From: Azolla caroliniana
Taxonomy: Eukaryota; Plantae; Polypodiophyta
DNA: 64,000 bases
Assembly (NCBI GenBank): GCA_043228905.1
Contig: JBHGNT010000008.1
Location: 558,001 to 622,000 of the forward strand
Direction of reading: 5' to 3'
The position numbers were made by a program, and so were the translations under genes. Each line of letters starts with the position of its first letter. Position 1 is the first letter of the stretch. Below, in pieces: positions 62,331-64,000 of the stretch. The notes beneath the pieces are model-generated. The model worked only from the letters and a program-made list of their open reading frames with translations. It was not told the origin of the DNA and did no database searches.

Positions 62331-62893
62331 ACAGGACGAAAAATTCATCCACTCATTTTCGATTCTGTGTAAACTAGAAGTATTATTCTTCTTGGTTTGC
62401 ACAAATTGGAAGATTATCCAAAATTCCTTGAGGAAGATAGAAGGGTACACATCTTAATTGAAAAGTACATGAAAGGTAATTTGAAAGACTCCTCAAACTA
62501 TGGTAGAATCGGGCATATATAGATTCAACGCGAAACGGATCTTATTAAAATTGAAATTACACCATATATTCCCGATTTGAAATTGCACTATATTGATAGA
62601 AGAACATATTAGTCTAAAGATTGATCAATTGAAAAGTTACTATGCTAGGTATTGGAGATCAAAAAGTTCGAATAACTTTAAATAACATTATCCAACCATT
62701 GTATTGATAGAAGAACATATTAGTCTAAAGAGTGATCACTTGAAAAGTTATTATGGTTGGTATTGGAGATCAAAAAGTTCGAATCACTCTAAAGAACGTT
62801 ACTATTAAACCGTATGGGGAACCAAAGATCCTAGTGGAACACATTGCTCCACAATTAAGAAATAGAGTTGCTTTTGGAAGGACGATCAAAATG
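62331..62893 (+). pseudogene. rps3: NUPT: 5' part of plastid rps3 with an internal duplication (period about 111 bp)
   Basis: GRKIHP, YSSWFAQ, KPYGEPKILVEHIAPQLRNRVAFGRTIK; gene order rpl2-rps19-rpl22-rps3. Confidence 0.85.
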
Positions 62894-63424
62894 TCCTGAA
62901 GCCTATGTATACTTTTTGCCGAGAACCAAATATGTAGTCGTAGTAGTAGGCTGTAGCATTGTCTACCAATTGTCAATGTGTATATATGTATGTACATGAA
63001 ATGCTCTTTTTAGGGAAGTAAAAAATCAGCTTTTTCTCTGTAGTTTCACATGGATACGTCTCTCCTTCTCTTTGCCCATTTGGAGCGTGAATTAGACTCT
63101 TGCTCATCTCGTAAGCGTTTGACACATTTACACACACACACATATATATATGTACGTACATACATACATACATACATACATTCGATATACACGTACGTAC
63201 GTACGTAGGCATGACATTCAACGGCACATTAACGACATGGCGTAAGAGATAAGAGAGAAGAGATAAGCGGGGTGCCGTGGGGTGGTGTAGGTCAATCTAA
63301 TGGAGACAGACGATGACCTACCATGATGCTATTCCTCGAGAAGAGCAATGATTGCAAAGTGCAAAGTGCCTCTTCTCTTCTCACACAAAAAGTAGTGGCT
63401 TACGTTCGATATATCATATGATAT

Positions 63425-63482
63425 ATGTATACATACATACATGATACATACATACATACATACATACATACATACATACATA
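63425..63482. repeat. (ATAC)n microsatellite
   Basis: Direct reading; a shorter copy lies at 63155-63182. Confidence 0.9.
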
Positions 63483-63804
63483 GCTCGTGTATAGGTGGTG
63501 TTGTGATGGTGATGGCGGCCCATCGCACCTACCTCTCTGCTCTGTAGGAGAGAGAGAGAGAGAGAGAGAGAGAGCAGCTTTCTTAATTACTCTACTCTGT
63601 CTGTGGGGAATTAGAAAAGCTAGATATCAAGAACTGAAAGGCAGAGATAGAGAACGATGGGCTGAAAGGGGTGCTGCTGATTGAATAGACGGAATCAATA
63701 AGAAGAGAAGTTGAGAGTAAGAGAGAGGGGTGTGTGTTGCAACAGGAATCAGAGAGTGGGAAATTGGGAGGGAGAGGAAGAAAGAGAGAGAGAGAGAGAG
63801 AGAG

Positions 63805-64000
63805 ATGCACAGAGGGAGCCATGATGAGGGCAGGATGTTGGTCCATGCACAGCCAGAGACTGGGGGGGGCGGGGGCGGGGGCGGCTTTACAGAACTAGCC
63901 CAATCAGGAGCCTTTGAATCAAGTAATGCCCCTCCTGGAACATCTCTCCGAGACCTCGAGAAGAGTTTGGACGACATAACTAACATAAACAGTCGCCAAG
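63805..64000 (+). CDS. 5' end of an uncharacterised gene running off the right edge
   Basis: ATG after a (GA)n leader, open for 65 codons: MHRGSHDEGRMLVHAQPETGGGGGGGGFTELAQSGAFESSNAPPGTSLRDLEKSLDDITNINSRQ. Paralogous to 14339 onward. Confidence 0.6.
   Translation, partial: MHRGSHDEGRMLVHAQPETGGGGGGGGFTELAQSGAFESSNAPPGTSLRDLEKSLDDITNINSRQ

Noticed and set aside
61180-62893. Functional ribosomal protein operon or misassembled plastid contig
   Set aside because: Numerous stops, frameshifts and an internal duplication indicate an aged nuclear copy.

Overview
Eukaryotic land-plant nuclear DNA, most likely from a large-genome fern (inferred from the TE-filled introns, Phygy-like Gypsy elements and the plastid insert). 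The left 12 kb holds the first six coding exons of a peptide:N-glycanase gene (PNG1, minus strand, continuing off the left edge). Its introns contain LINEs, hAT MITEs and a Copia relic. From about 16.5 to 61.2 kb the window is a retrotransposon nest that resolves by LTRs and target-site duplications (TSDs) into 5 Ty1/copia elements (one with an intact 1358-aa ORF), 3 non-chromoviral Ty3/gypsy elements and 6 solo or partial gypsy LTRs, nested up to six deep. It ends with a plastid insertion (rpl2-rps19-rpl22-rps3) and the start of a gene whose decayed paralog lies at 14.3 kb. Most notable: (i) every gypsy-type insertion with both flanks visible has a 4-bp TSD centred on CpG; (ii) four different gypsy LTRs carry tRNA-like Pol III A-box/B-box modules at fixed spacing, in U3 and antisense to the element; (iii) the gypsy elements have a tRNA-Trp primer site, a DHG protease motif and a probable -1 frameshift between protease and RT; (iv) a 19-unit array with an exact 17-bp period; (v) a covarying hairpin enclosing the PPT in three copia families. 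All coordinates and mismatch counts were read by eye.
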